A stretch of DNA of 64,000 bases, taken from Takakia lepidozioides (taxonomy: Eukaryota > Plantae > Bryophyta). The translations under genes and the position numbers were made by a program. Where the stretch lies: assembly GCA_030704615.1 (NCBI GenBank), contig CM060734.1:34410001-34474000 (forward strand). Direction: 5' to 3'. Shown piece after piece: positions 62,927 through 64,000 of the stretch; the stretch's first letter is position 1, and each line of letters begins with the position of its first letter. A model generated the notes under the pieces. The model ran no database searches. It saw nothing but the letters and a program-made list of their open reading frames with translations, and was not told where the DNA came from.

Positions 62927-64000
62927 CATAAGAGAAACGTCACTCACCGCCTAATTGGCATTCGCTTCAGTTTCTTAAAAAGCGAATAAGAGCGACCGCC
63001 GTATGGCGGTCGCTTCAGTTTCTTTATTTTATTTTATTTTTTAAATTTTAAATTTAAATAATAACAATTAAATTTATTTTATTTTAAAAAAATAACTTAA
63101 AGGAGCGACCGCCGTAATGGCGGTCGCTTCAGTTTTTTAAAAAACGAAAAAGAGCGACTACCATAGGGCGGTCGCTTCATTTCTTCTTTAAAAAAACTTT
63201 ATTTTTTAAAATATTAAGAATTTTTTTTTTAAAAACTTATAGGAGTGACCGCCGTATTGGTGGTCGCTTCAGTTTTTTAAAAAGCGAAAAAGAGCGACCC
63301 CCATATGGCAGTCACTTCATTTTTTTTTTTAAATAAATGAAAATGAACGACCACAGTTGTGGCGGTCGCTTCATTTTTTTAATAATAATAAAAAAGAGCG
63401 ACCACCGTATTGGCGGTTGCTTCATATCTTTTTAAGGAAAAAGAACAACTGCTGTAGTTGCACTCGCTTCATTTAAGTTGAAGTTTTTAAAAAAAGAGCC
63501 ACTGCCGCTAAATGGCGGCCGCTAAATTTTAAAAAACAAAACGAGCGACCGCCATTTGGTGGTCGCTGCATTTTTTTTTTAAAAAAATTAAAGAAGTTAC
63601 CGCCGTTTGGCGATCGCTTTAATTTTAGAATCAAAATAAAAATTTGCGACGGCTGGCGAATGGCTGTCGCTGTATTTTTTTTTAATATTTTTTAAACTAC
63701 GAACGACTGCCAATCTGGGCGCTCGCTTAATTTTAAAAATAATAATTTTCAAGCGACCGCCAATATATGCCGTCGTTTAATTTAAAATATAATAAATTTC
63801 ATGCGACCGCCAATATGGGCGGTCGCTTCATTTAAAACTTCATAAATTGCCGATAATCGCCAATATAGGCATTCACTTAATTTAACAAAATATTAAATTA
63901 CAAGCGACCGCCAATATGGGTGGTCGCTTGACTTAAAAAATAATAACTTTTAAGCGGCCGCTAATATGGGCGGACGTATTTTTTTAATTAATAAATAAAT
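62927..64000. mobile_element. Array of palindromic AGCGACCGCC-N4/5-GGCGGTCGCT units with A/T linkers; CACTA-type subterminal repeat region (runs off the window)
   Basis: About 19 units, mostly ~50 bp apart, from 62991 to 63975. A possible decayed terminus CATAAGAGAAA lies at ~62927. The units resemble AGCGAC/GTCGCT CACTA subterminal repeats. Confidence 0.55.

Noticed and set aside
62991-64000. CRISPR-like look (palindromic repeats with spacers)
   Set aside because: Spacers are low-complexity A/T and similar to each other, repeats are degenerate, there are no cas genes, and the context is eukaryotic.

Overview
Eukaryotic, intron-rich land-plant DNA. A non-seed plant such as a bryophyte is plausible, but the sequence alone does not settle this. 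Gene order: an orphan ethylene-receptor receiver exon; a complete 6-exon AKR2-type aldo-keto reductase (-); two tandem LDL3-like histone demethylase genes (+), the second carrying a frameshift and relaxed motifs; two tandem trihelix (Myb/SANT-like) transcription factor genes (+) with a C-terminal SAM-like domain and a duplicated helix-3 lead-in on a small in-frame exon; and a kappa-class GST/DsbA-fold gene (-) ending in PTS1 SKL. The right end holds a decayed Ty1/copia element interrupted by an antisense ankyrin-repeat exon, then a palindromic CACTA-like subterminal array. The most striking feature is one non-LTR retrotransposon family (RTEX/CR1-like RT plus CCHC knuckle) present as about 8 pieces. 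Its ORF runs to within ~7 nt of a 3' end with no poly(A). Nearly all 3' ends abut CT-rich or (CT)n sequence, several copies have clear TSDs, one is inserted into itself, one is 5'-inverted, one is only 47 bp long, and a terminal hairpin keeps its pairing across copies. A non-autonomous hAT element with an 8-bp TSD and several minisatellites are also present. Family assignments come from motif recognition, not database searches.
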